Assembly: GCA_963721485.1 (NCBI GenBank)
Contig: CAVRJV010000014.1
Span: forward strand, 72,443 to 136,442
Source: an uncultured delta proteobacterium
Lineage (GTDB): Bacteria > Desulfobacterota > Binatia > Binatales > Binataceae
DNA: 64,000 bases
Reading direction: 5' to 3'
Both the position numbers and the translations under genes were made by a program. This document shows positions 1-11,383 of the stretch, one piece after another; the first letter of the stretch is position 1, and each line of letters begins with the position of its first letter. The notes under the pieces are model-generated. The model searched no databases and was not told the DNA's origin. It saw nothing but the letters and a program-made list of their open reading frames with translations.

Positions 1-103
1 GAATTCCGGTGGCGATACTGTGGCACAGACTTTAGCCTGTGATTTTCTGGTCCATGCAGGTTGGGGAGCACAGGCTGAAGCCTGTGCCACTGGAGGACGT
101 ATC

Positions 104-1031
104 ATGATGCCCGCCGCCGATCAGCTCGTTCACACTTACTCGATCGTTGCGCGCGATCCCGACACCGGGCAACTCGGTGTCGCCGTGCAGTCGCACTATT
201 TTTCCGTCGGATCGGTCGTCACATGGGCCGAGGCAGGCGTGGGCGCCGTCGCGACGCAATCGCTCTCCGATCCCGCGTACGGGAAGCTCGGACTCGACCT
301 GATGCGCGCGGGCAAGAGCGCGCCCGACACGCTCGCGGGACTGGTCGCCAGCGATTCGATGCAAGCAGTGCGGCAGGTCGCGATGGTCGATGCGCTGGGA
401 CGAGTTGCGGCTCACACCGGCTCGACGGCGATTCCGGAAGCGGGCCATATCGTCGGTGACGGATTTTCGGTTCAGGCCAACATGATGCTCAAGAACTCGG
501 TGTGGCCCGCGATGGCGGAGGCGTACCGAACTGCCAAGGGTGCGCTGGTCGATCGACTTCTCGCGGCGCTGGACGCGGCGGAGGCTGAAGGCGGTGACAT
601 TCGCGGGCGCCAATCGGCGGCGATATTGATCGTGGAGGTGAAGAGCACGGGACGTCCGTGGGTCGACACCACCTTCGATCTGCGCGTCGATGACGCGCCC
701 GAGCCGCTCGTCGAGATTCGCCGCCTCGTCGGAGTCCGGCGCGCGTACATTCATATGCGGCTTGGCAAACGAAGCGGCGCAGCGCCGCGATCTGGAAGCC
801 ACCGAACGCGAGTTCACGGCGGCTGAGCGGCTGATCGGCGACAATCCGGAAATGCGCTACTGGCACGCGATTGCGCTGCTCGGCCTCGGCAAGATCGACG
901 ACGGCCTCGCGATACTGCGCGAAGTCGGTAGTCTCGATCGCAACTGGATCGAGCTGACGTTGCGCCTGCCCAGCTTGTTGTTCAGCGGCGATGCCTCATT
1001 GAAGGAACGCGTCGCGAAACTGCTCGAATGA
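104..1031 (+). CDS. DUF1028 family (Ntn-hydrolase-like) protein with C-terminal TPR-like helices; one frameshift near 760
   Basis: HTYSIVARDPDTGQLGVAVQSH and GGDIRGRQSAA motifs in ORF 20..826; helical tail continues in ORF 690..1031. Confidence 0.85.
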
Positions 1032-1118
1032 CTGTCGCATTGGAGACAAAAGCGTTTTGCCCCGCCTATCCGTAGGGATTAGTCTGAACGGCATAGGCGA
1101 AACCGGAGTACACCCAAG

Positions 1119-2173
1119 ATGCCCGAAACCAATGTTGCGCGCGGCACTGTCGAGCCCGCTCCGCGCGTCGAATATGAACTGCAACTCTACTACTGGATGA
1201 AGTTGATTCGCGCGTTCGAGGAGCGCGTCTCGCGCCTGCATCGGCAGAACAAAATCCTCGGCGGCGTTTACTCCGGCGCCGGCCAGGAAGCGATCGTCAC
1301 CGGCATCTGCGCGCCGCTTGCACGACGGCGACTTCGTCGCGCCGCTGCATCGCGACATGGGCGTGTTCATCATGCGCGGCGTCGACCCGGGCCGCCTGAT
1401 GGCGCAGTTGATGGGCAAGGAGACCGGGCTGTCGCGCGGCAAGGATTCGTTTCTTCACGGCGGCGATCTGGAGCACGGTGTTTTCGGATCGACCTCGATG
1501 CTTGGGTCGTCGCTGCCGGTCGCGGTCGGCGCGGCGCTCAAATTCAAAATGAAAAAGAATCCCAACGTCGCGGTCGCCTTCTTCGGTGAAGGCGCGTCGT
1601 CGCGCGGCGACGTGCATGAAGCGATGAACTTTGCCGGCGTGCACAAGCTGCCGGTGGTCTTCGTGTGCGAGAACAACCGCTACGCGTATTCGACCCCGCT
1701 GGAAAAGCAGATGGCGATCGAGGACGTCGCGGACCGCGCGACGGCCTACGGTTTCAAGGGTCACGTGTGCTCGGGCAACGATTTGCTCGCGGTGCTCGAG
1801 CTGAGCGAGCGCCTGATCGCAAAGACGCGCGCCGGCGAGGGGCCGGTGCTGATCGAATGCAAGACCTATCGCTACCGCGGGCATAGCGAGCACGACGCGG
1901 CGCTCTACCGCGACCAGGAAGAGCTGATCGAATGGCAGAGCCGCGATCCGATTCCGCGCTTCGAGTTCTATCTGGAGAAGAAGGGCCACGACATCAAGCG
2001 CATCCGCGAGCAGATCGACGAGCGCGTCGAACAAGACGGTCCAGGCGGCGGTCGATTTCGCCGAGAGCAGCCCGCTGCCGGAACCTCAAGAAGCACTTGA
2101 AGATATTTACGCGCCGTCCGGTGCGACGGTTCGCCGATCACGCCGAACTCTTCGTCGAACGGCAGCTCGCTAG
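1119..2173 (+). CDS. TPP-dependent 2-oxoacid dehydrogenase E1 alpha subunit (frameshifts ~1318, ~2040)
   Basis: GQEA, FFGEGASSRGDVHEAMNFA...CENNRYAYS TPP motif, TYRYRGHSEHD. Confidence 0.92.
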
Positions 2174-2176
2174 ACC

Positions 2177-3160
2177 ATGGAAGTCACTTACATCAAGGCG
2201 ATCAACCGGCGCTGCACGAGGAGATGCGCCGCGACGAGAACGTCTTCGTCATGGGCGAGGACGTCGGCGACCTGGGCGGCGCGTTCAAAGCGACCGAAGG
2301 GTCTGCTCGACGCGTTCGGCGAGGATCGCGTGATCGACACTCCGATTTCGGAGGCGCTGATCGTCGGCGCCGGGATCGGCGCGGCGGTGCTCGGGATGCG
2401 TCCGGTGGTCGAGATGCAGTTCGCGGATTTCATTTCGTGCGCCTTCGATCAGATCGTCAACACTGCGGCGACGCTGCGCTACCGGCACGGCGGCAAGGCC
2501 GTCGTGTCCGCTGGTGATTCGCGCGCCGTCGGGCGCGGGCGTTCATGGCGCGCTGTTCCATTCGCAGAATCCCGAGGCGTGGTTCACGCGCGTGCCGGGA
2601 CTCAAGGTGGTCGCGCCGGCGACGCCGTACGACGCGAAGGGGTTGTTGAAGAGCGCGATTCGCGACGGCAATCCGGTCGTGTACTTCGAGCACAAGCGGC
2701 TCTATCGCAGTATCAAGGAGGACCTGCCCGAGGGCGATTTCACCGTGCCGATCGGCGTCGCGGAGATTCGCAAGGAAGGGCGGCGACCTTTCGATAATCA
2801 CCTACGGCGGCACGCTCGGGCAGTCGCTCGACGCGGCGCGAATCGTCGAGAAGGAAGACGGGCTTGCGGTCGAGGTGCTCGACTTGCGCACGCTGCTGCC
2901 GCTCGATCGCGAGGCGATTCTCGCGACCGCCCGCAAGACCGGCAAGGTGCTGGTCGTGCACGAGGATCGGCTGACGGGCGGAATCGGCGGCGAGGTCGTC
3001 GGCGATCATCGTGGAGAACGCGTTCGAGTATCTCGACGGTCCCGTGCGGCGCGTCGCGGCTGCCGACTCGCACGTCGCGTTCAGTCCGCCGCTCGAGGAC
3101 TTCATCCTGCCGAGCACCAACAAGATCGTCGACGCGATCCGCAACCTGGCGGCGTACTGA
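2177..3160 (+). CDS. 2-oxoacid dehydrogenase E1 beta subunit (several frameshifts)
   Basis: [43 protein letters not shown] spread over ORFs 2177, 2224, 2514 and 2875. Confidence 0.92.
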
Positions 3161-3161
3161 A

Positions 3162-4551
3162 ATGGCGATCGACGTAACGATGCCGCAGATGGGCGAGAGT
3201 GTGGTCGAAGGCACGATCGCGAAGTGGCTGGTCAAGGAAGGCGACGTCGTCATCGAGGATCAGCCGCTGTGTCGAAATCTCGACCGACAAGGTGGACACG
3301 GAAATTCCGTCGCCGGGCGCGGGACGGATCGCGAAGATCGTCGCGGCCGAAGGGCAGACGCTGCCGGTCGGCGCGACGCTCGCCGTGATCGAGCCGGCCG
3401 GCGCCGAGGCCCCGGCGAAACTGAAGGTCGTTGCGCCGAAGGCCGCGCCGAAGCCGGAACCACCGCCGGCACAGGTGAGAGCTGTGCCGCCGCCGCAGCC
3501 GGCGCCGTCGCTGCAGCCGATACAAGTGACGGGAGCCGGCCTTCGTGAAGCCGAGCCCGACGAGGACGGTCCGCGCCGCTTTTCGCCGGTCGTGCTGAAG
3601 ATCGCGGCGGAGGAGGGTATCGACCTCAGTCACGTGCCGGGAACGGGAATCGGCGGACGCGTCAGCAAGCGCGACCTGCAGCGCTACCTCGATGCGCTAC
3701 GCAAAGGCGGAACGCCGAGCGCCGGCGCGCAGCCGCAGACCAACGGCAGCGCGCAGGGCAGTCCGCGTCCACAGACAACTACGGCCGCGACCGACGCAGG
3801 CGCCGGCGCTATCCGGTCCGGGGTTCAGGCCCCCGGTCTATCAACCGATCGAGGGCGATATCGTCGAGCCGTTCACGCGTCGGCGCAAGCTTATCGCCGA
3901 GCACATGGTGTTCTCGAAGACGCATTCGCCGCATGTCGGCACCGTCGCGGAAGTGGACGTCACCAATGCGATGCGCCTGCGCGAGAAGCACAAGACCGAG
4001 TTCGCGCGCCGCGAAGGATTCAATCTCACGTTCCTGCCGCTGGCGGCGGCGGCGACCGTTCGAGCGCTCAAGGAATTTCCGCGGATGAACGCGTCGGTCG
4101 TCGGTGACTCGGTGGTGACGCGCCGCGAGATAAATCTCGGCATCGCGATGGATACCGACGAAGGCCTGCTGGTCCCGGTGATCAAGGCGGCCGAAGGGAT
4201 GTCGGTGGTCGGGATCGCGCGCGCGATCGAGAGTCTGCGCCGCAAAGTCGCCGAGAAGAAAATCACCGCCGACGATCTTGCGGGCGGCAGCTTTACCCTC
4301 TCCAACCCGGGCGCGAGGGGAATCTCTATGGGTTTGCGATCATCAATCAGCCGCAGGTCGGAATCATGCGGATGGGCGAGGTGAAGAAGCGGCCGGTGGT
4401 CGTCGAGGTTGACGGCGCCGACGCGATCGCGATCCGCACCATGATGTACCTGGCGCTGTCGTACGACCATCGCGTAGTCGACGGCGTGCTGGGCAACAGC
4501 TTCCTGTACCGCGCCGCGCGTATTCTTGAGGAGGCCGACTTCGAATTGTAG
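3162..4551 (+). CDS. Dihydrolipoamide acyltransferase E2 with a single lipoyl domain (frameshifted)
   Basis: [25 protein letters not shown] lipoyl-Lys motif, [12 protein letters not shown] binding domain, SYDHRVVDG catalytic motif. Confidence 0.92.
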
Positions 4552-4554
4552 TTT

Positions 4555-5217
4555 CAGGTCGTGATGCGCACCTTGATGCGTGCGCAACTGTTGCACCATG
4601 TTCGCGATCTGGCCGCTCAAGTCCCCGATCGTTTTGCTCAGCGCCGCGGCCGCGTCCGTCATGTCGCCGGGCTTCGACGGTTGCGTCAGGTGGGACTCGA
4701 CCGTGTACAAAATATTTTTGCCGGTTGAGTCGAGGATCGTCCATTTCGCAGACAGAGTCGCCGTGCCGCTGCCGTCGGTCTCGAAACGGTAGACGTCGAT
4801 CTGCACCTGCATGTCGATGTGCACCGTGTTGTACCATGGGAACAGGATCACCTGCGCGCCGCTGGTTTGCGCGGCGAGGTCACGGTTCATCGCGCTCGTG
4901 AAACCGTTCTGCAGCGACTCACCCCATCGATCTTCCTTCGATAGTTCGAGGCGATTGGGCGCCATCCGCGTCACTATCTCCGGGCGATCGAGGTACGGCG
5001 GCAGTTTGATCGGCCCGAGTCCGATCACGAAATCGCCGCTGGTGCTCGGTGCGGACGCTGGCGCTTGCGCCGCCGTGTCCGCAGTTGGCGTCAGCAGATA
5101 GAACTTCGAGATATCTTTCTGCGGCGCGAGAATCGCTTTCGCCAGGTAGGAACATCCCGACATCGAGGCCGCAATTACGCCGGCAAGAGCAATTCTGAAA
5201 AATCTGGTCAAGGTCAT
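4555..5217 (-). CDS. pqiC: PqiC-like ABC-transport auxiliary lipoprotein (3' end approximate)
   Basis: Lipobox MSGC; FYLL, IGLGPIKLPPYLDRPEIV, RWGESL; lies downstream of the MCE gene. Confidence 0.8.
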
Positions 5218-5220
5218 CGG

Positions 5221-6195
5221 TTAGTCCTGGCTGAAGTCGCGGCCGCGGACGATCGCGCTCGGGTTACGTTGCAGGTAGTCGGCGAGTTCCTTGACCGAGT
5301 GCGCGGCGGCTGAGACGTCCTGCAACGTCTGCAGCGCCTGGTAGTTGATCGGCGAGTTCGGCTCGATCGTGGTCTGCACGGTGCCAAGCGTTATCCGCGC
5401 CTGCTGCGCAGCGGCGTCGGCCGAGCTCGAAGTCTTCTGAATCGACAGTGACAGAGGCGGCACCTGGCCGTTCACCGTGTTGAGCGTCTGCTGCGCGCCG
5501 GCGAGAGTATGGTCGAGTTGCTCGCGCGTCTTCTCGGAATTGTTCACCACCTGCTTGAGCGCGGGCGAGTTAGTGATCTCCCTGATCGATTCCAGCATCC
5601 CGGTCATCTGCGTGACGACGGCGTTGAAGTCCACCTTGTCGAGCCGCTCGAAGATCCGGATTGCAACCGCCTGCGCCTGCTCGAGCGTGTTAGGCACCGC
5701 CGGAATTTCCTGGAGCGGCGCACCGGGCGGCGCGACCATCTGAATCGGTGTGTTGGGCTCGATGTCCAGGGCCACGTAGAGCAGGCCGGTGACGAAGCTG
5801 TCGGAGCCCAGCTGCGCGCGCAATCCCTCGCGAATCAGGTTGGGAATCGTGTGCGGGTCGCTCAAATCAAGACTGCTGCCGTGCGAGACGATTTTTTCCT
5901 CGTCGAGCTCGATGACCACCGGGATGCGTACGTCGGCGCGCAACTGGCCGCTCTGCTGATTGACCTCCTGCTCGAGGCGCAGGCGAATTTTGCTGACCTG
6001 GCCTATTTCGACGCCCTTGAACTTGACCGGCGCGCCGACCCGCAGGCCGTTGATGTCGCCGGCGAAGTAGATGACGAAATCGTGGGTCTTGCGGAACAGG
6101 TTGCCGGATCCGAAGACCACTACTGCCGCTAATATCAGCCCGATCGCGCCCAAAACGAACGCACCCACCGTAGCCGGATTGACTCGCTTACCCAT
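5221..6195 (-). CDS. mlaD: MlaD/PqiB-family MCE protein
   Basis: N-terminal TM, GLRVGAPVKFKGVEIGQV MCE motif, coiled coil, YLQRNPSAIVRG tail. Confidence 0.9.
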   Translation of the reverse strand: MGKRVNPATVGAFVLGAIGLILAAVVVFGSGNLFRKTHDFVIYFAGDINGLRVGAPVKFKGVEIGQVSKIRLRLEQEVNQQSGQLRADVRIPVVIELDEEKIVSHGSSLDLSDPHTIPNLIREGLRAQLGSDSFVTGLLYVALDIEPNTPIQMVAPPGAPLQEIPAVPNTLEQAQAVAIRIFERLDKVDFNAVVTQMTGMLESIREITNSPALKQVVNNSEKTREQLDHTLAGAQQTLNTVNGQVPPLSLSIQKTSSSADAAAQQARITLGTVQTTIEPNSPINYQALQTLQDVSAAAHSVKELADYLQRNPSAIVRGRDFSQD

Positions 6196-7043
6196 GGTCC
6201 CTCGCTGATTTTTCCGATTTGTTATCTTCTCCGCCGCGAGTCAGGAAAGTCCGCACGCGATTATCGGTGCTATGCGCAAGCAGGTCCTTCGGGTCGCCGT
6301 GCGCGATCATCGGTCTTGCTTTCCGCATCGAGAAAAATGCTGTTGTTGCCGATAGCGAAAATACTGGCCAGCTCGTGAGTGACGACGACCACCGTCGCGC
6401 CGAGGTTGTCGCGCAGCTCGAGGATCAAGTCGTCGAGCAGGCGCGAGCTAATCGGATCGAGGCCGGCCGACGGCTCGTCGAAGAAAAGTATTTCCGGGTC
6501 CAGCGCGATTGCGCGCGCGAGTCCCGCCCGCTTCTGCATCCCGCCGCTGATCTGGCTCGGGTAGTAGCCCTCGAAGCCCTTGAGCCCGACCAGCGCCAGC
6601 TTGAGCGAGGCCACCTCGCGAATCTCGGCCTGCGACAGGTCGGTGAATTCGCCGAGCGGCAGGCCGACGTTCTCCGCCAGCGTCATCGAGCTCCACAGCG
6701 CGCCGCCCTGGTACAGCACGCCGAAATGCCGCAGCATCTCTTCGCGCTGCTCGGGCTCGCCCTTGGTGAAATTGAAGTCGCCGTACCAGACTTCGCCCTT
6801 GGCCGGCTCGATCAGCCCGAGCATGTGGCGCAGCAGCGTGCTTTTGCCGCTGCCGCTGCCGCCCATGATGATGAAAATGTCGCCATGATTGACGGTGAAG
6901 TTGATGTCCTTCATCAGCACGAAGGTTCCGTACGCCATCGTGAGATTCTTGACGGTGATCGGCGGCGGGCCGCCCTTGGGGAATTTCGCCGCGGAGACCG
7001 GTTTCCCGTCCGAAGCATTGATGGATGGATGCGTGATGGCCAT
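6188..7043 (-). CDS. mlaF: MlaF-like ABC ATPase (frameshift ~6315)
   Basis: GGSGSGKS Walker A, ISGGMQKRAGLARA, FFDEPSAGLDP, VTHE. Confidence 0.9.
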
Positions 7044-8196
7044 CTAGATTCCGATCATGTTGAAGATGAACGCGAAAATCCCGCACGCGACGATTACGTA
7101 AACGATTCCGGTGACCACCGCCGCGGTCGCCGCGTCGCCCACCGCCGACGAACTGTTGCCGCATTGAAATCCGCGCAGGCATCCGGCGACCGCGATGATG
7201 ATGCCGTAGACCGCGGCCTTGAAGACGCCGCCGAAGATATCGGTAAGCGTGACGGCGGCCTGAGTTTCGCGAAGGTAAGTGCCGAGCGGGATATGCAGCA
7301 TCGTCGCGCTGACGAAAGCGCCGCCGGCCACTCCCAGGCAATCGGAGTAGATGCACAGCAGCGGCATCATCAGGACCAGCGCCAGCACGCGCGGCAGCAC
7401 CAGGAACTCGAGCGGCGAGATTCCCATCGTGGTCAGCGCGTCGATTTCCTGCGTCACCTTCATCGAGCCAAGCTGCGCGGCAAATGCGGCGCCGGTGCGG
7501 CCCGCCATGATAATCGCCGCCATCATCGCGCCCATGTCGCGGCTCATCGCGATTCCAACCAGGTCGGCGACGTAGATCGCCGCGCCGAACTGCTGCAGCT
7601 GCACGGCGCCTATCGAACGCGAGAATCACGCCGACCAGGAACGTGACCAGCGTGACGATGCCGAATGCGCTCGCGCCGCAATCCTGGATCACGATCATCA
7701 GATCGACGCGTCGAAAACGCGCCTTGCCGAAGGGCAGCCTGGCGAACGCGATCGCCACTTCGCCGAGGAAGCGCAGGAAGTCGTCCAGCGCTTGCGCATA
7801 CGAAATCGCCTCGTGGCCAAGCTCTTCGATGAACGAGCTGTGCGACGCCTCGTGCCGCGCACCGGTTTTTTCCGGCACCGCTTCGGCGAGCTGGATCAGG
7901 CTGCGCACGCCCTCGGGCAGCTGGCTCCAGTCAGCAGGCAGCTTGCGCTTATGGCAGAGATCGCTGACGCCAATCAGAAACGTGAGCAGGCCGCTGTCCC
8001 AGTCGCGCAGATCAGCGGCGTCGAAGGTCAGCCGAGTTGGCTTCGGTGGAGTATCGAGTTGCTTCGCGACGAGGTCCGGCGACGGCAGGCCGTGACGAAG
8101 ATGCCAATCGCCGGCGAGGCGGACGACGAGCGTGGAGTTATCGGCGCGCGCGAACGTGAGTTCGTTGTTGGGTTGGGTTTGCTTCTGCGCCTGCAT
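7044..8196 (-). CDS. mlaE: MlaE-family permease with N-terminal STAS domain (frameshift ~7610)
   Basis: WDSGLLTFL STAS-like segment; AGRTGAAFAAQLGSMKVTQEIDAL...PRVLAL. Confidence 0.9.
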
Positions 8197-8307
8197 TCGT
8201 GCGGCTCAATGGAGCACGGCGATAAGGTAGCACAATTCCTTGCTTTTCGATGGCATACGCGGTGTTTTCGCAAGCCAACAGCGTGGTCATCTAATATGAT
8301 ATTTCGC

Positions 8308-9309
8308 ATGAAAGCGATGGCCGTCGAGAAGCCTGCTCCAATCGAATCGGATCCGATCCGCGCGATCGACGTACCGATACCTGAGCCGGGGCCCGGCGAG
8401 ATTCGGGTGCGCGTGAGCACGTGTGGCGTATGCCGCACGGATCTTCACGTCGCGGAAGGCGACCTGCCACCGCGCCATCCGCGAATTATCCCGGGGCACG
8501 AAGTGGTGGGCGTCGTGGACAAGCGCGGCGTCGGCGCGGCCCGGTTCAAGCAGGGCGATCGCGTCGGAATCGCGTGGCTGCGCGAGACCTGCGGCGTATG
8601 CGTCTATTGCCGCCGGGGCAGCGAAAATCTCTGCCCCAACGCGCGCTTCACCGGCTACGATCACGACGGCGGCTACTGCGAATATGCCGTCGTGCGCGAG
8701 GACTTCGCTTACGCGCTCCCCGATTCGCTCGGCGATGAAGAAGCGGCGCCACTGTTGTGCGCCGGAATAATCGGATATCGCGCAATTAAGCGCGCCGATA
8801 TCAAGCCGGGCGCCACCGTCGGGCTCTACGGCTTCGGCGGCTCGGCGCATCTCGCGATCCAGGTGCTGCGACATTGGGAATGCCGCGTGTTCGTCATGAG
8901 CCGCGGCGGACCGCATCGCGATTTGGCAAAAGATCTCGGCGCCGAATGGATCGGCAATGCCGAAGACGCGCCACCCGCGCCGCTCGACGCGGCGATTCTG
9001 TTCGCGCCCGCGGGAAACCTCGTGCTGCCGGCGATGCAAGCGCTCGACCGCGGCGGGATTCTCGCAGTCGCGGGAATCTATCTAAGTCCGATTCCGCCGT
9101 TGGATTACGAGAAACATCTCTTCTACGAAAAAGAACTTCGCAGCGTGACCGCCAACACGCGCGCCGACGGCGAAGAATTCCTGAAGCTCGCCGCCGAGAT
9201 CCCAATTCACATCAGCACGATTGCCTTCGGCCTCGCCGAGGCAAACGTCGCGCTGAAGATGCTGAAGCACGACGAAATCAAAGGCGCCGGCGTCCTCAGG
9301 ATTTCGTGA
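8308..9309 (+). CDS. Zinc-binding alcohol dehydrogenase family protein
   Basis: CGVCRTDLH, GHEVVG, CGVCVYCRRGSENLC structural Zn site, GFGGSAH. Confidence 0.93.
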   Translation: MKAMAVEKPAPIESDPIRAIDVPIPEPGPGEIRVRVSTCGVCRTDLHVAEGDLPPRHPRIIPGHEVVGVVDKRGVGAARFKQGDRVGIAWLRETCGVCVYCRRGSENLCPNARFTGYDHDGGYCEYAVVREDFAYALPDSLGDEEAAPLLCAGIIGYRAIKRADIKPGATVGLYGFGGSAHLAIQVLRHWECRVFVMSRGGPHRDLAKDLGAEWIGNAEDAPPAPLDAAILFAPAGNLVLPAMQALDRGGILAVAGIYLSPIPPLDYEKHLFYEKELRSVTANTRADGEEFLKLAAEIPIHISTIAFGLAEANVALKMLKHDEIKGAGVLRIS

Positions 9310-9320
9310 GGAACTGATCC

Positions 9321-9418
9321 AATGTGAAACCCGCCGTGGGTTTCGCGCTTCCTTGGGCAGGGGTAACCCCTGCACCTCAGTATAAATAAAGATGCGGGAC
9401 TTCGTCCCTGTTGGAAGT
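9321..9418. repeat. Dispersed ~100-bp multi-hairpin intergenic element, copy 1
   Basis: Near-identical to 48267-48368; hairpins GAAACCC/GGGTTTC, GCAGGGG/CCCCTGC and GGGAC/GTCCC. Confidence 0.9.
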
Positions 9419-9468
9419 CTACCCTGCAAGTTTTGCTTCACTCGGAGCCCCCGCTTCATTAGACTTCG

Positions 9469-9498
9469 TTGACGTGCTCGCGCGATGCTTGCTAGCCT
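9469..9498 (+). promoter_or_regulatory. Putative sigma70-type promoter for nuoB
   Basis: TTGACG-N18-TAGCCT, ~45 bp upstream of ATG 9544. Confidence 0.35.
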
Positions 9499-9543
9499 TC
9501 AACTGGAACGAAGTAACGTATATATCAAGCGCCAGAGGCATCA

Positions 9544-10077
9544 ATGGCATTAGTTAAAAGCGGGCTCGAGTCGGCCAAGGGCGACGAGATTCTGCTCGGC
9601 GATACCGCGGTCCTGACCCGGCTCGACAAGGCGCTCGGGTGGGCGCGCAAGTTTTCGATCTTTCCGTATCCCTTCGCGACTGCGTGCTGCGCGATGGAAT
9701 ATATGTCGCTCTCAATGACGCCCTACGACATCGATCGCTTCGGCGCGCTGCTGCCGCGCTTCACCCCGCGCCAGGCCGATCTGCTAATGGTGATCGGCAC
9801 CGTGACGGTTCGCCAGGGACCGATTCTGCGCCGCGTTTACGATCAGATGGCGGAGCCGAAATGGGTAATGGCATTCGGCGCGTGCGCATCGACCGGCGGC
9901 TTTTACGACAACTATGCGACGCTGCCGGGAATCGACAGGATCGTTCCGGTTGATGTGTATGTTCCCGGATGTCCGCCGCGGCCGGAAGGCGTGCTCGATG
10001 CGCTGATGGCGCTGCAGCGCAAAATCCAGGGACAGAAGCAGAAGCTGATGGCGCTCAGCGAAAAGCATCCCGCCTGA
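9544..10077 (+). CDS. nuoB: NADH-quinone oxidoreductase subunit B
   Basis: TACCAME, PRQADL, FGACASTGG, VPGCPPRPE. Confidence 0.96.
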   Translation: MALVKSGLESAKGDEILLGDTAVLTRLDKALGWARKFSIFPYPFATACCAMEYMSLSMTPYDIDRFGALLPRFTPRQADLLMVIGTVTVRQGPILRRVYDQMAEPKWVMAFGACASTGGFYDNYATLPGIDRIVPVDVYVPGCPPRPEGVLDALMALQRKIQGQKQKLMALSEKHPA

Positions 10078-10092
10078 CGGAATCCTGATCAC

Positions 10093-11382
10093 ATGGAACG
10101 GATACTGACTCGCTGGCTGGATATCCCTGACCTTCGGAAGCTCGACGTCTACGTCGGCAACGGCGGATACAAGGCGCTGCGCAAGGCGCTGTTCGAGATG
10201 AAGCCCGAGGAGATTATCAACGAGGTCAAGAACTCGAATCTTCGCGGGCGCGGCGGCGCGGCGTTTCCGACCGGCGTCAAGTGGAGCTTCATCCCCAAGG
10301 ACTCGAAGAAGCCGGTCTACGTGTGCTGCAACGCCGACGAGAGCGAGCCCGGCACCTTCGCCAATCGGTACGAGCTCGAATACGATCCGCACTGCATCAT
10401 CGAGGGTATCGTGATCGCGTGCCGTGCGGTCGGTTCGCATGTCGCATACATCTACATGCGCGGCGAGTTCACCGTGCAGAAGAGAAGCCTCGACGCCGCA
10501 ATCGCCGAGGCTTACGCCAACAACTACGTCGGCAAAAATATTCTTGGCAGCGGCTTCGACCTCGATATCTACACGCATCGCGGCGCCGGTGCGTATATCT
10601 GTGGCGAAGAAACCGGACTGCTCGAATCGCTCGAAGGCAAGCGCGCGTATCCGCGCAACCGCCCGCCGTTTCCGGCAATCCAGGGCGCGTTTGGATGCCC
10701 GACTGTGGTCAACAATATCGAAACGCTGTCGAACGTCCCGCACATCATCAATCGCGGCGCCGACTGGTACAAATCGATCGGCCCCGAGAAAAGTCCCGGC
10801 CCGAAACTTTTCTGCCTCTCCGGCCACATCAACAAGCCAGGCCTGTACGAATTGCCGATGGGCTTCCCGCTGAAGGATCTCATCTACGATGTCGGCGGCG
10901 GAATCCTCGGCGGCAAGGCGCTCAAGGGCGTAATCCCCGGCGGCTCGTCATTCCCGGTCTTCACCGCGGAAGAGGCCGTCAAGGTGAACATGGATTTCGA
11001 CTCGGTGCGCGCGGCGGGCTCGCTGATGGGCACGGCGGGCGTGATGGTGATGAACGAGGACACCTGCATGGTCGACGCGCTAAAAACGATCGCGCACTTC
11101 TACCATCACGAATCATGCGGTCAGTGCACGCCGTGCCGCGAAGGATGCGGCTGGATCGAAAAGTTGCTCATCGAGCTGGAAGCGGGCCGCGGCAAGATGG
11201 AAGATCTGAAGGTCATGTACGACGCCGCCGCCAACATGGAAGGCAACACGATTTGCGTGCTCGCCGACAGCCTCTCGATGCCTGTAAAGAGTTTTCTGCC
11301 GAAGTATCGCGACGAGTTCGAAGCTCACATCAAGCTCGGGCGCTGTCCGTTCAAGACTGCGTCAGCGCAGCAGGCTGCGTGA
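10093..11382 (+). CDS. nuoF: NADH-quinone oxidoreductase subunit F
   Basis: LRGRGGAAFPTGVKW, NADESEPGTF, GAYICGEETGL, ESCGQCTPCREG. Confidence 0.97.
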   Translation: MERILTRWLDIPDLRKLDVYVGNGGYKALRKALFEMKPEEIINEVKNSNLRGRGGAAFPTGVKWSFIPKDSKKPVYVCCNADESEPGTFANRYELEYDPHCIIEGIVIACRAVGSHVAYIYMRGEFTVQKRSLDAAIAEAYANNYVGKNILGSGFDLDIYTHRGAGAYICGEETGLLESLEGKRAYPRNRPPFPAIQGAFGCPTVVNNIETLSNVPHIINRGADWYKSIGPEKSPGPKLFCLSGHINKPGLYELPMGFPLKDLIYDVGGGILGGKALKGVIPGGSSFPVFTAEEAVKVNMDFDSVRAAGSLMGTAGVMVMNEDTCMVDALKTIAHFYHHESCGQCTPCREGCGWIEKLLIELEAGRGKMEDLKVMYDAAANMEGNTICVLADSLSMPVKSFLPKYRDEFEAHIKLGRCPFKTASAQQAA

Positions 11383-11383
11383 T

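Noticed and set aside
3841-4552. Apparent 230-aa C-terminal extension of the PqiC ORF
   Set aside because: It is antisense to the E2 catalytic domain. A one-base shift gives a stop at ~4555, so it is most likely an indel artefact.
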